Counted from the stretch's first letter, positions 1 to 7,775 are shown. The stretch is 39,998 bases of DNA from a virus (IMGVR_UViG_3300035039_000082:1-39998), one strand, 5' to 3'. Program-made: numbers and translations. Notes: a model not told the origin generated them from the letters alone.

Positions 1-1
1 T

Positions 2-166
2 TTTCGACCAGGCTTATTAATTGGAAGAAAAGGAGAAGATATTAATAATTTATCAGAAATATTAAAAAAGAAATTAAATAATCAAGATTTAAAACTTCAT
101 CTTGAAGAATCTTTAATAGATAATTATTTAATTGATTATAGTAATTTAGATCTTGATTTTTTATAA
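2..166 (+). CDS. Partial (5'-truncated) KH-domain protein resembling the ribosomal protein S3 type-II KH motif
   Basis: Frame from nt 2 reads FRPGLLIGRKGEDINNLSEILKKKL...LDFL* (TAA 164-166). RPG-x-x-IG-x-KG-E-D-I matches the GxxG KH loop of S3. Not in the ORF track. Confidence 0.6.
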   Translation, partial: FRPGLLIGRKGEDINNLSEILKKKLNNQDLKLHLEESLIDNYLIDYSNLDLDFL

Positions 167-199
167 ATAATCTTGCCGCTTCCAAAAAAAGGATAAAAA

Positions 200-394
200 A
201 TGGCTAAAAAAGAAATTACAGTTACAATAACTGTACCAGTATTTTATTATGAAGATAAATCTAATTTAAATTCAACAGAATTTTTTAATAAAATTTATAA
301 TTCTTTTAATGTTTTAGAAGCAAGAAATGAATTAGCTCAAGAAGTAAAAATAGCAGCTATTAAATTATTAGCTGGTGAAGATATAAATGAATGA
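200..394 (+). CDS. Hypothetical protein (64 aa)
   Basis: AAGGA RBS upstream; overlaps the next gene. Confidence 0.7.
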   Translation: MAKKEITVTITVPVFYYEDKSNLNSTEFFNKIYNSFNVLEARNELAQEVKIAAIKLLAGEDINE

Positions 395-605
395 ATTAGA
401 ACCAAAAGGATTTCCTAAAACAATAATCTCTGAACATCATTGTAGAAAAAGACATAAAATATCTACAGTATTATCAGATTTAGCTTCTCAAGAAAATTGT
501 GATGATTTTGAATATGATGTTATGAATATTGCTGCTGAATATATAGATGAACTTGAACAATTTATTTTAAATATTAAAGAAAAAATAGATAAATTAGGAG
601 AATAA
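387..605 (+). CDS. Hypothetical protein (72 aa)
   Basis: Translationally coupled ORF. Confidence 0.65.
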   Translation: MNELEPKGFPKTIISEHHCRKRHKISTVLSDLASQENCDDFEYDVMNIAAEYIDELEQFILNIKEKIDKLGE

Positions 606-607
606 AA

Positions 608-799
608 ATGGATATTAATAATTTAACCGAAGCAGAATATTTTGAACTCACAGGACATTATATACAAGATGATGATCTTGAAAGAGTTAATTGTTCAAAA
701 GCTGGATAAATTGGACATCGATCATGTGGATGGTGTTCAGATCATAATTTACCACGATTTATGTGTGGTTGTTTATTATATAAAGATGATGAAAAATAA
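608..799 (+). pseudogene. Small Cys/His-rich phage protein interrupted by an in-frame TAA (707-709)
   Basis: GGAG RBS at 597-600; reads MDINNL...DDDLERVNCSKAG*IGHRSCGWCSDHNLPRFMCGCLLYKDDEK*, a coherent metal-binding pattern across the stop. Confidence 0.65.
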
Positions 800-871
800 T
801 TATTTATTGTCTCATAATATGTAGATTTTTCTATATATTATGAGATTTATTTTTTGAGAATTTAAAGATTT

Positions 872-883
872 TATATATAAATA
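872..883 (+). promoter_or_regulatory. Phage promoter-like motif TATATATAAATA (first of about 16 copies)
   Basis: Recurs in intergenic gaps at about 872, 1951, 3445, 4179, 4410, 4846, 5203, 6635, 10507, 11026, 12243, 19117, 21716, 27338, 29495 and 37506. Always upstream of a gene or RNA, usually after a hairpin. Contains the T4-late-type TATAAATA. Confidence 0.75.
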
Positions 884-922
884 ATATTAATAACAAAAAC
901 CAATTATTGAAAGGAAAAAATT

Positions 923-1867
923 ATGAAAAAGCGTATCTTTACCCATTCCGGGCTGTTCCATGCAGACGACGTCATGTGCGTCGCTGCATCTCTGTTAATT
1001 TGGCCGGAAGCGGAAGTTTTCCGCGTCCGCCAATTGCCCGAAGATTTCGGGCAAGATCATAAAAATTCCTTCGACGTCGCTGTTGACGTCGGAGGAGTGT
1101 ATGATGGTCCGAACATGATGTTTGACCATCATCAATCTGAAGGTAATGCCGATGGCAAAGCCGCCATCGGTAAATTCTGGACAGAAACGGGTGTTTTCGT
1201 CATCGACGAACTGTACCCCGAACTTTCAACAGACATAATCGGCCAAGTGGCCGACTATGTCGAACATTCCATTATCGCACCGATTGACAGGGGCGATATT
1301 GGAATCAAGGATTGGGAGCCGACAGATGAGGCCACTGAAAATGGGTGGTCTCATTTGTCTGCGGCTCGACTGATCTCGTCGTGTAATGCCCCGTTTGGAG
1401 CATCTGAAGAGGTCCAAATGGATCACTTTATGACAGCAGTCCGGATGGCTCTATTGTCCCTTCGTGGGACAATCCAACAAGGGATCGAATTTTGCCGGAT
1501 GAAGAATGAAGTCGAGGCGGCTGCCTCACTTCGTGCAGATGATTGGTCTTTCATCATTCTGCAAAACCCTGGCCCGTGGCAGGCACACGTTATCGGTCGT
1601 GAGGATTTGAATGACATTCTTTACGTCATCTTCCCAAGCGATCGAGGCGGTTGGATGGTTCAGTGCGTTCCTGACGCATTGGATTCATTCGGCAAACGGA
1701 AAGAACTGCCCGCAGAGTGGGCCGGCTTGAGAGGCGAAGAATTTGCCTCGAAAGTCGGTCTGACCCAGTTTGGGTCGGCAACCTTTTGTCACCCTGGCAG
1801 ATTTATTGCCGGGGCAGAAAATCTTGAGGATGCTATGAAATTAGCATCTCTTGCAGCAAAAAATTAA
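923..1867 (+). CDS. MYG1 family (UPF0160) DHH-type nuclease/hydrolase
   Basis: THSGLFHADDV, DVGGVYD, FDHHQ, LPAEWAGLRGEE and FCHPGRFI motifs; much higher GC than its flanks. Confidence 0.9.
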   Translation: MKKRIFTHSGLFHADDVMCVAASLLIWPEAEVFRVRQLPEDFGQDHKNSFDVAVDVGGVYDGPNMMFDHHQSEGNADGKAAIGKFWTETGVFVIDELYPELSTDIIGQVADYVEHSIIAPIDRGDIGIKDWEPTDEATENGWSHLSAARLISSCNAPFGASEEVQMDHFMTAVRMALLSLRGTIQQGIEFCRMKNEVEAAASLRADDWSFIILQNPGPWQAHVIGREDLNDILYVIFPSDRGGWMVQCVPDALDSFGKRKELPAEWAGLRGEEFASKVGLTQFGSATFCHPGRFIAGAENLEDAMKLASLAAKN

Positions 1868-1875
1868 CCCTTAAC

Positions 1876-1913
1876 TCCTCATCATTCTAATCTTCGGATT
1901 AGGGTGGTGAGGA
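1876..1913 (+). terminator. Long hairpin with cUUCGg loop followed by T-rich tract; divergent member of the cassette-end hairpin family
   Basis: TCCTCATCATTCTAATC-TTCG-GATTAGGGTGGTGAGGA directly after the MYG1 stop. Confidence 0.75.
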
Positions 1914-1970
1914 TTGTAGTTTTTTTATTTATTTTAATATTTAAAATTTTCATATATAAATAATATTAAT

Positions 1971-2064
1971 GTAATGGGGTTACGGTTTACTCCATTATTT
2001 TTAGGCATTGTTTATCTGGTGCCTGCGAGTCAATAATAGTATTAATTTCGTGGGCACCAACCAC
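1971..2064 (+). ncRNA. Putative small structured RNA (no ORF)
   Basis: Follows the promoter motif at 1951. Hairpin 1971-1998, competing stems 2003-2024 versus 2017-2059, then a T run. Confidence 0.4.
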
Positions 2065-2065
2065 T

Positions 2066-3440
2066 TTTTTTATTTATTTTTTTATTTATTTTCATCAAAC
2101 TTCACCAATCTTCAACAAGATTATTTCCCAAAAATTCCACTTTTAAAACTTTTTCCAAAACTTTGAAATTTTATGTTTAAAAAGTTTACGGAAAAAAATT
2201 TTGGTACGATTAAAATGGTCCCTACCGTTTTGATTTTAATTTTTTTAAAACGTATCGTGTATTAATTAGATTTCTTTTATTTGATTATTTTAAAATTTTC
2301 TTTTTTAAGAATTTTCTTTTGAATTTTTTAGTTTATTTTTATTTACTCTTTAGATTTAGTGTATTCAGTTGAATTTGAATTTTTGTGGCCCAAAAAAGTC
2401 CTTAAACACTGTACTTTCGGACAAAAAATGCGTTTAGTTTTTGGGCGGTATAATAAAACACAAATTTCTTCATAAATTTTTCAAAAAAAAAAGGATTATT
2501 TTTAAAGAATATTTTAAATGAATCTTAAATAAAAAATCTTATAAAAAAATAAATTAAAATTCTTAACATAATCTAGGAGATAATTTAAATTCATTAACAT
2601 TAAATCATTTATAAATATAGTTCTACTAGATAATATTAAAAAATGAGTCGCGACGAAATCCGACTATATAATAATCTTTAAATATATAATTTTCTATAAA
2701 TAATCTTTAATTTTGATTTTCTAAAAACTTAATCTTTATAAATATTTTTTAATAATTTTAAAATCTATATTTAAATATTCAATCTTATATAAATCTTAAA
2801 AAATCTTAGATAATCTTTTATTTTTTAAAAATTCAATTAGATTTTTATATTGGCAAATTAGATTCTAACTTATTAAAATTATTTATAAAAAACAACATAA
2901 TTAATTTTGTAAAAACCAAAAATTTTATTTTTACAAAAATTTTAAAAACTTAATTTTTATATTTTCTAACTTAGAAATTTTTATTAATTTTTACCCAACT
3001 TGTAAAATATGTAGAAGCCCTATCTTCAATATAATAACTAAGGTTCAAAAATTAAAATTATTATAGAGTTTTCCCTTATATTTTAACTTCTAAATTAGAA
3101 GTTTTTACAATGAAATAAAAAATTTGTATTTTTCCAAATTTTTCTTAAGAAATCCAAATTTTGGAAACTAAAGTACAATAAATTCAAGAACTTGCTAGAT
3201 TTGAAAAATATAAAAAATTTTAACTTTAATTTTTTATATAATCTTATTTCTAAATCTATATAATATTTTAAAATTTAATTTATAATTCTTTTTATTTAAT
3301 TTTTTAAAATATTTCTTTAAATTATATTTTTAAAAATAATCTTATGAATATATTTAATTATTATATTTTTATAATTTTATTAATGTTTTTACAAATTTAA
3401 ATTTTTTTAGATTCAGGAAGATTATATTTAATATTTGAAA
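2066..3440. other. Long, extremely AT-rich non-coding tract; candidate replication origin or genome-end region
   Basis: No ORF of 60 aa or more in either strand; many AATCTT copies, some helically phased. Confidence 0.4.
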
Positions 3441-3545
3441 AATTTATATATAAATTATTATAATATAGTTTTTAATTTTGAAAAATTTAAAGAATCTGCC
3501 GCTTCCAAAAATATTTAAACCTAATCTTTTAAAAAAAGGAAATAT

Positions 3546-4139
3546 ATGCCAAAAAATAAAACAAAAAATAACTATCAAAATCTCGAAAGGCCCATAATTG
3601 AAGATATATTAACTCAACTATGGAAAGGAGTTACTTGCAAAGAATTAAGTAAAATACATTCAATACCGGCAAATATTATATATACAATCTCACAAGGAAA
3701 ATCTCATAAAGAGATTTATAATGAATTAACTGAAGATCAAAAGTTAAGAATTAAAAATAATATTGCTAAAAATTCTTCAATTTTAACAGATGATAAAGTT
3801 AAAGAAATCTATAACCATTTGTTAGAAGGTAAATTATCTCGTAAACAATTAGCAGAAATGTATAATATTTCAGAAAGTATGATTCATCATTTAATAGGTG
3901 GAATTAGCAGAAAGAAAATCTATAATCAATTATCAGATGATCAAAAGATAAAAATTAAAAATAATTATAGTTTAGACTCGGCAATTTTATCTCCTAAAGA
4001 TGTTATTCAAATTAGAGAATTATTTAAAGTATCTAATCTTTCAGATAAAGAAACATATCAAGAATTAGCTAAAAAATTCGGAGTTTGTAGATTAACAATC
4101 AATCGTATTATTAATCGAAAAGCTTGGACGCATATTTAA
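3546..4139 (+). CDS. Tandem HTH-repeat DNA-binding protein related to the C-terminal domains of this phage's HNH endonucleases, without the nuclease domain
   Basis: Repeats LT(D/E)xxVxxI...Y(N/S)Ix...IYN(E/Q)L(T/S)xDQK and terminal NRKAWTHI, shared with the 11099 and 38960 ORFs; no HNH Cys/His motif. Confidence 0.7.
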   Translation: MPKNKTKNNYQNLERPIIEDILTQLWKGVTCKELSKIHSIPANIIYTISQGKSHKEIYNELTEDQKLRIKNNIAKNSSILTDDKVKEIYNHLLEGKLSRKQLAEMYNISESMIHHLIGGISRKKIYNQLSDDQKIKIKNNYSLDSAILSPKDVIQIRELFKVSNLSDKETYQELAKKFGVCRLTINRIINRKAWTHI

Positions 4140-4199
4140 TAATAAATTTGAATAATTTTTTTGAGGATTTAAAAGATTTATATATAAATAATTATAATG

Positions 4200-4327
4200 A
4201 AGGTATTAGTCGAAATACCTTAAAAATTCGACTCGGAAAGATTTGATTGTGATCTTTCTGTAAACCTACCGGACGGCGGTCGGATGGGGGACCGACAATA
4301 AAAAAGAACCCCCGTAGGAAGCCGGTA
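4200..4327 (+). ncRNA. Putative structured ncRNA with two H-type pseudoknots
   Basis: GC-rich, ORF-less, between the promoter motif at 4179 and the hairpin at 4334; pairings listed in findings. Confidence 0.6.
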
Positions 4328-4333
4328 ACAATC

Positions 4334-4430
4334 TCTACCATCATTCCCATCTCGGGAGTGGTGGTAGAATAAAACTTTTTATTTATTTTTTGTTAATATT
4401 CATTCATTTTATATATAAATAATATAAGTA
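4334..4430 (+). repeat. Cassette-junction repeat copy 1 (35-nt hairpin + T tract + AATATTC + TATATATAAATA promoter)
   Basis: TCTACCATCATTCCC-ATCTC-GGGAGTGGTGGTAGA at 4334-4368. Confidence 0.9.
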
Positions 4431-4460
4431 ATTATAATTTGATATTAAAAAGGAGAAAAT

Positions 4461-4766
4461 ATGGAACTTCATGAAATTAAAGAAAAAGCTAATTGTCCAG
4501 TAGTGTTCCTGAAAAATCAGGAAGCTGCCAATCATATCCAACAATCAGCCATGACATATCATGTTGTGCCTACCACTAAAAAGTGGTATATTCAGCATGA
4601 CAATATGGGAAAATTTTCCATATTGAAACAGCAACCAGGGTTTGGTGTCATCTGCCCTGGTTATATGACTGGGTGGTCAATGAAAAAAATTCAGCAACAA
4701 ATATATACTGACTTTCAATTGAAAGTTAGCGCCGGTGCTGACCACTGGATATATTCTGATGTATAG
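4461..4766 (+). CDS. Hypothetical protein (101 aa), single-gene cassette
   Basis: AAGGAG RBS; flanked by repeat copies 1 and 2. Confidence 0.85.
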   Translation: MELHEIKEKANCPVVFLKNQEAANHIQQSAMTYHVVPTTKKWYIQHDNMGKFSILKQQPGFGVICPGYMTGWSMKKIQQQIYTDFQLKVSAGADHWIYSDV

Positions 4767-4771
4767 CAATC

Positions 4772-4866
4772 TCTACCACCATTCCCATCTCGGGAGTGGT
4801 GGTAGATTAAAACTTTTTATTTATTTTTTTAATATTCATTCTTTTTATATATAAATAATATAAGTA
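4772..4866 (+). repeat. Cassette-junction repeat copy 2
   Basis: TCTACCACCATTCCC-ATCTC-GGGAGTGGTGGTAGA at 4772-4806, then the same promoter block. Confidence 0.9.
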
Positions 4867-4896
4867 ATTATAACTTAATTAAAAAAGGAGAAAAAA

Positions 4897-5115
4897 ATGA
4901 AAAAATATATTAAAAAAAATATTCTTGCGGAAGAAATTCCGCAGTCATATCTTAAAGTGGAAGGAATGCATGCCTATGTAGTTTCTCCGCATGAATTAAT
5001 ATTCGATCTATTTGCTCTTGTAGAAGCAGGTCGAATTGAAATTGCAAAAACCCTATATCGTAGGATTTTAAAAGGTGATTGGGTAATTCAAATTCCAGAA
5101 CCTATAGATTTATAG
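4897..5115 (+). CDS. Hypothetical protein (72 aa), single-gene cassette
   Basis: AAGGAG RBS; flanked by repeat copies 2 and 3. Confidence 0.85.
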   Translation: MKKYIKKNILAEEIPQSYLKVEGMHAYVVSPHELIFDLFALVEAGRIEIAKTLYRRILKGDWVIQIPEPIDL

Positions 5116-5124
5116 AATCTTCTT

Positions 5125-5220
5125 TCTACCACTATTCCCATCTTGGGAGTGGTGGTAGAATAAAACTTTTTTATTTATTTTTTATTTAATATTCACTCTT
5201 TTTATATATAAATAATATTA
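5125..5220 (+). repeat. Cassette-junction repeat copy 3
   Basis: TCTACCACTATTCCC-ATCTT-GGGAGTGGTGGTAGA at 5125-5159, then the promoter block. Confidence 0.9.
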
Positions 5221-5284
5221 TTATAAAACTCTAATCCAGGTTTTATGTATTATTTTTTAAACTATTTTAAAAAGGAGAACAAAA

Positions 5285-5854
5285 ATGAAAGTTTTTAAAA
5301 TTTCAAAAAATGGGCTTGAAAAAGCCCAAGCGACAAAAACTATTGCTAATAATGGAGCAGAGTATTATTCTCTGCTTCACGGTGAAGATGGCCGTGGAAG
5401 ATGGCAAGTTCGTATTCCATTGGCCGCCCGACAATTCCCTGATCCGTGTGATCATGGGGAAAGACTGGAATTAATAGACGAATATTCCCTTGTGGATTTG
5501 AAAAAGAAAGACCCGCGAGGAAATAATATTTATCTGTTGACACTTGGAGAAGACGACGGGAAACAATTGATTCTCTGGAATCTTTCTCCAGGTTTCCGTG
5601 GTAGTGCTTCTTGGAAAGTCTCTGGCCAAGCTGAAGTAATTTCAGTGGGCCAAGAGGCCCAAGGAGCCGCCGGCCGTATGGGTGGGGCAGATTGCCCCAT
5701 CGTTCATGTGACCGGACCATGTAAATTAACATGGTCCCGCTTTGGCCGCCTTTATGGTGGTGAAAGTGAATGGGTAGCAGAATTTGATGGCAAGGAATGG
5801 ACTGTCCTCCCTTGTCATCAGTGTGCAGCTGAAGAAGCTGCACTTAATTATTAA
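5285..5854 (+). CDS. Hypothetical protein (189 aa), GC-rich
   Basis: AAGGAG RBS; Gly/Trp-rich; composition differs from the backbone. Confidence 0.85.
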   Translation: MKVFKISKNGLEKAQATKTIANNGAEYYSLLHGEDGRGRWQVRIPLAARQFPDPCDHGERLELIDEYSLVDLKKKDPRGNNIYLLTLGEDDGKQLILWNLSPGFRGSASWKVSGQAEVISVGQEAQGAAGRMGGADCPIVHVTGPCKLTWSRFGRLYGGESEWVAEFDGKEWTVLPCHQCAAEEAALNY

Positions 5855-5858
5855 TATC

Positions 5859-5894
5859 TAAGACGCATATAATAAATTTATTATATGCGTCTTA
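5859..5894. repeat. Perfect 36-bp palindrome
   Basis: TAAGACGCATATAATAAA|TTTATTATATGCGTCTTA. Confidence 0.9.
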
Positions 5895-5944
5895 ATCTAC
5901 TTTTCGCCGCTTAAAAAACAAAAAATAAAAAGGAAAACAAAAAA

Positions 5945-6544
5945 ATGGGATCTAAGTATAATACAGTTATTTGTAATGAATGTAACAATGAATTAGATGT
6001 TCAAGAATATCGTCTTAGTAATTCAGATGTTCTTTATGTTACACCTTGTAAAGACTGTACATCTAATAATATCGAAGAAAATTATTCCGGTGAATTAGAA
6101 GATCTTCGTCGGCAAAATTCAGCATTAGTTAATTTCTTTCAATCAATTGATATGTGTGTTTTAGATATAAAAGATCTTGAAGATGATTTTAAAAAAATTA
6201 AGAAACGTTTTGATACTCTTGATATTCTTGAACCTATTATTAACAAAATTATTCCTGAATATCAGGATGTTCCGTTAGAGTATAAAGTATTACTCTTGAA
6301 AGAAAGAACAGCAAATCAGTTTATTACAACATCTGAATTTGGGTTTAATGAAGATCAAATTAATCAGTTAGCTGAAGCTTTGATAATTAGTAAAATTCAT
6401 CTTATTAAAAAACTTCGTGAACTTACAGGACCTAATGGTCTTGGATTAAAAGAAGCAAAAGACTATATTGAATCTAAGATCTCATCATTTAATATTAAAA
6501 TATCTTTTCCAGAAGCTCGAAAGATTATTCTGGAAAATTTTTAA
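5945..6544 (+). CDS. Zn-ribbon/coiled-coil protein with a C-terminal ribosomal L7/L12-like domain
   Basis: CNEC...CKDC at the N-terminus; KIHLIKKLRELTGPNGLGLKEAKDYIE matches the L7/L12 C-terminal domain signature (KIxxIKxxRxxTGLGLKEAKxxVE). Confidence 0.7.
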   Translation: MGSKYNTVICNECNNELDVQEYRLSNSDVLYVTPCKDCTSNNIEENYSGELEDLRRQNSALVNFFQSIDMCVLDIKDLEDDFKKIKKRFDTLDILEPIINKIIPEYQDVPLEYKVLLLKERTANQFITTSEFGFNEDQINQLAEALIISKIHLIKKLRELTGPNGLGLKEAKDYIESKISSFNIKISFPEARKIILENF

Positions 6545-6553
6545 AATATATCA

Positions 6554-6607
6554 TATCTATCATTACTAATATAACTAAACAATCAGTTATATTAGTAATG
6601 ATAGATA
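6554..6607 (+). terminator. 23-bp perfect-stem hairpin
   Basis: TATCTATCATTACTAATATAACT / AGTTATATTAGTAATGATAGATA, then a T run and the promoter motif at 6635. Confidence 0.7.
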
Positions 6608-6684
6608 ATATTTTTTTATTATATTTATGAATTTTATATATAAATAATTATAATAAATATAATTATTTAAAAGGAGAATGATAA

Positions 6685-6954
6685 ATGTTTTATCCGAATC
6701 ATCATTGTAGAAGTTATTGTTTATATTTAGGTAGTCTTGAATATAATAATCAAAAATTAGATATGGGAGTGTATGAACATCCTGATGATTTATATGTATC
6801 TCATGCTATTGTATATGGTGAAGAAGATTCACAATATATGTCAGGGATTATTGATTTTGAAAAAATTAAATATAATTTTACGGGTGTACAATATCAGATT
6901 AACAAATTGTTATATGAAGATTATTTAAAAAGGAAAATGATAAATGGAAGTTAA
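6685..6954 (+). CDS. Hypothetical protein (89 aa)
   Basis: AAGGAG RBS. Confidence 0.8.
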   Translation: MFYPNHHCRSYCLYLGSLEYNNQKLDMGVYEHPDDLYVSHAIVYGEEDSQYMSGIIDFEKIKYNFTGVQYQINKLLYEDYLKRKMINGS

Positions 6955-7120
6955 AGAATGTCCAGTATGTAAAACTAATTATATTAGAATCGTACAAAAA
7001 TTATCTGAAAGATCTATTAAATTCGATTGTCCAGTTTGTGGACGAATTTATGAATTAAATATTCTTTGGGATCTTGAAAAAGATACAGATGATGGAAATG
7101 ATTTTAACACTTTAAAATAA
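6944..7120 (+). CDS. Small zinc-ribbon protein (58 aa)
   Basis: MEVKECPVCKT...FDCPVCGRIY; below the ORF-track cutoff. Confidence 0.75.
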   Translation: MEVKECPVCKTNYIRIVQKLSERSIKFDCPVCGRIYELNILWDLEKDTDDGNDFNTLK

Positions 7121-7198
7121 TTTTAATTGAAGCGGTAAAATTTAGAATTTTTAAAAAGATTTAAATTTTGCCACTTTCAATAAAAAGGAAAAATAGAC

Positions 7199-7489
7199 AT
7201 GTCAAAAATTCAAAAAGACAGTTTTGGTTTATTTGTAAAAGCTGGTGGATATGTATGTCGACCAGTGGAACAAACTCAATTTCAAATTGGTGATACAGTA
7301 AAGACTGCTCACAAAGGTGGATCTATTATTGCAGGTGTAGGTAAAGATTCTAATTGTAAACATGGAGAATATTTAGAATATTGGACTACTACAGGTGTAT
7401 CAAATGTTATGGAAAGTACACAAGAAAATATTAATTGGTATATTCAAGAGTTTAAGAAAAAATATCGACACTTACTTAAAGGAAAATAA
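7199..7489 (+). CDS. Hypothetical protein (96 aa)
   Basis: AAGGA RBS. Confidence 0.8.
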   Translation: MSKIQKDSFGLFVKAGGYVCRPVEQTQFQIGDTVKTAHKGGSIIAGVGKDSNCKHGEYLEYWTTTGVSNVMESTQENINWYIQEFKKKYRHLLKGK

Positions 7490-7490
7490 C

Positions 7491-7775
7491 ATGGAAAATA
7501 AATTTATTTTAATGCAAGACCCAGTTAAATGGTCAAAAGATGGGAAGGGACGTATAGGATATTTTTCTATTGGATTGAAAACATTATATCCAGATAAAGG
7601 ATTTTCAAGTTGTGATCAATTTGGAAATACTGATTATTTTGGTCCATCATCTAAACCATCAGGTCAATTTGCTTTTTTAGATGAAGAATCTAAAAAACAA
7701 TTCAAAGGCAAAATAAATTATGACAAAGAAAAAGATATTTATTTTGCTGTAGTTAATTTGGCAGAAGAATTATGA
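7491..7775 (+). CDS. Hypothetical protein (start moved to ATG 7491)
   Basis: AAGGA RBS precedes MENKF. Confidence 0.75.
   Translation: MENKFILMQDPVKWSKDGKGRIGYFSIGLKTLYPDKGFSSCDQFGNTDYFGPSSKPSGQFAFLDEESKKQFKGKINYDKEKDIYFAVVNLAEEL

Noticed and set aside
707-709. Alternative genetic code (stop reassignment)
   Set aside because: TAA, TAG and TGA all end genes cleanly and long ORFs are intact in code 11; no suppressor tRNA seen
642-824. 60-aa ORF in the track
   Set aside because: TTG start without an RBS; shadow of the RBS-preceded 608-799 frame
1226-1617. Two minus-strand ORFs inside MYG1
   Set aside because: Antisense shadows expected in a GC-rich gene; no motifs or RBS
4279-4313. preQ1-I riboswitch-like pseudoknot (5-bp stem, A-rich linker)
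   Set aside because: The loop lacks the conserved ligand-pairing U/C residues and no queuosine gene follows
4334-5159. 35-nt palindromic repeats as a CRISPR array
   Set aside because: Intervals are 300-400 nt and contain promoters and whole genes; no cas genes
5346-5843. 165-aa minus-strand ORF
   Set aside because: Antisense to the RBS-supported 5285 gene; the genome is uniformly + strand
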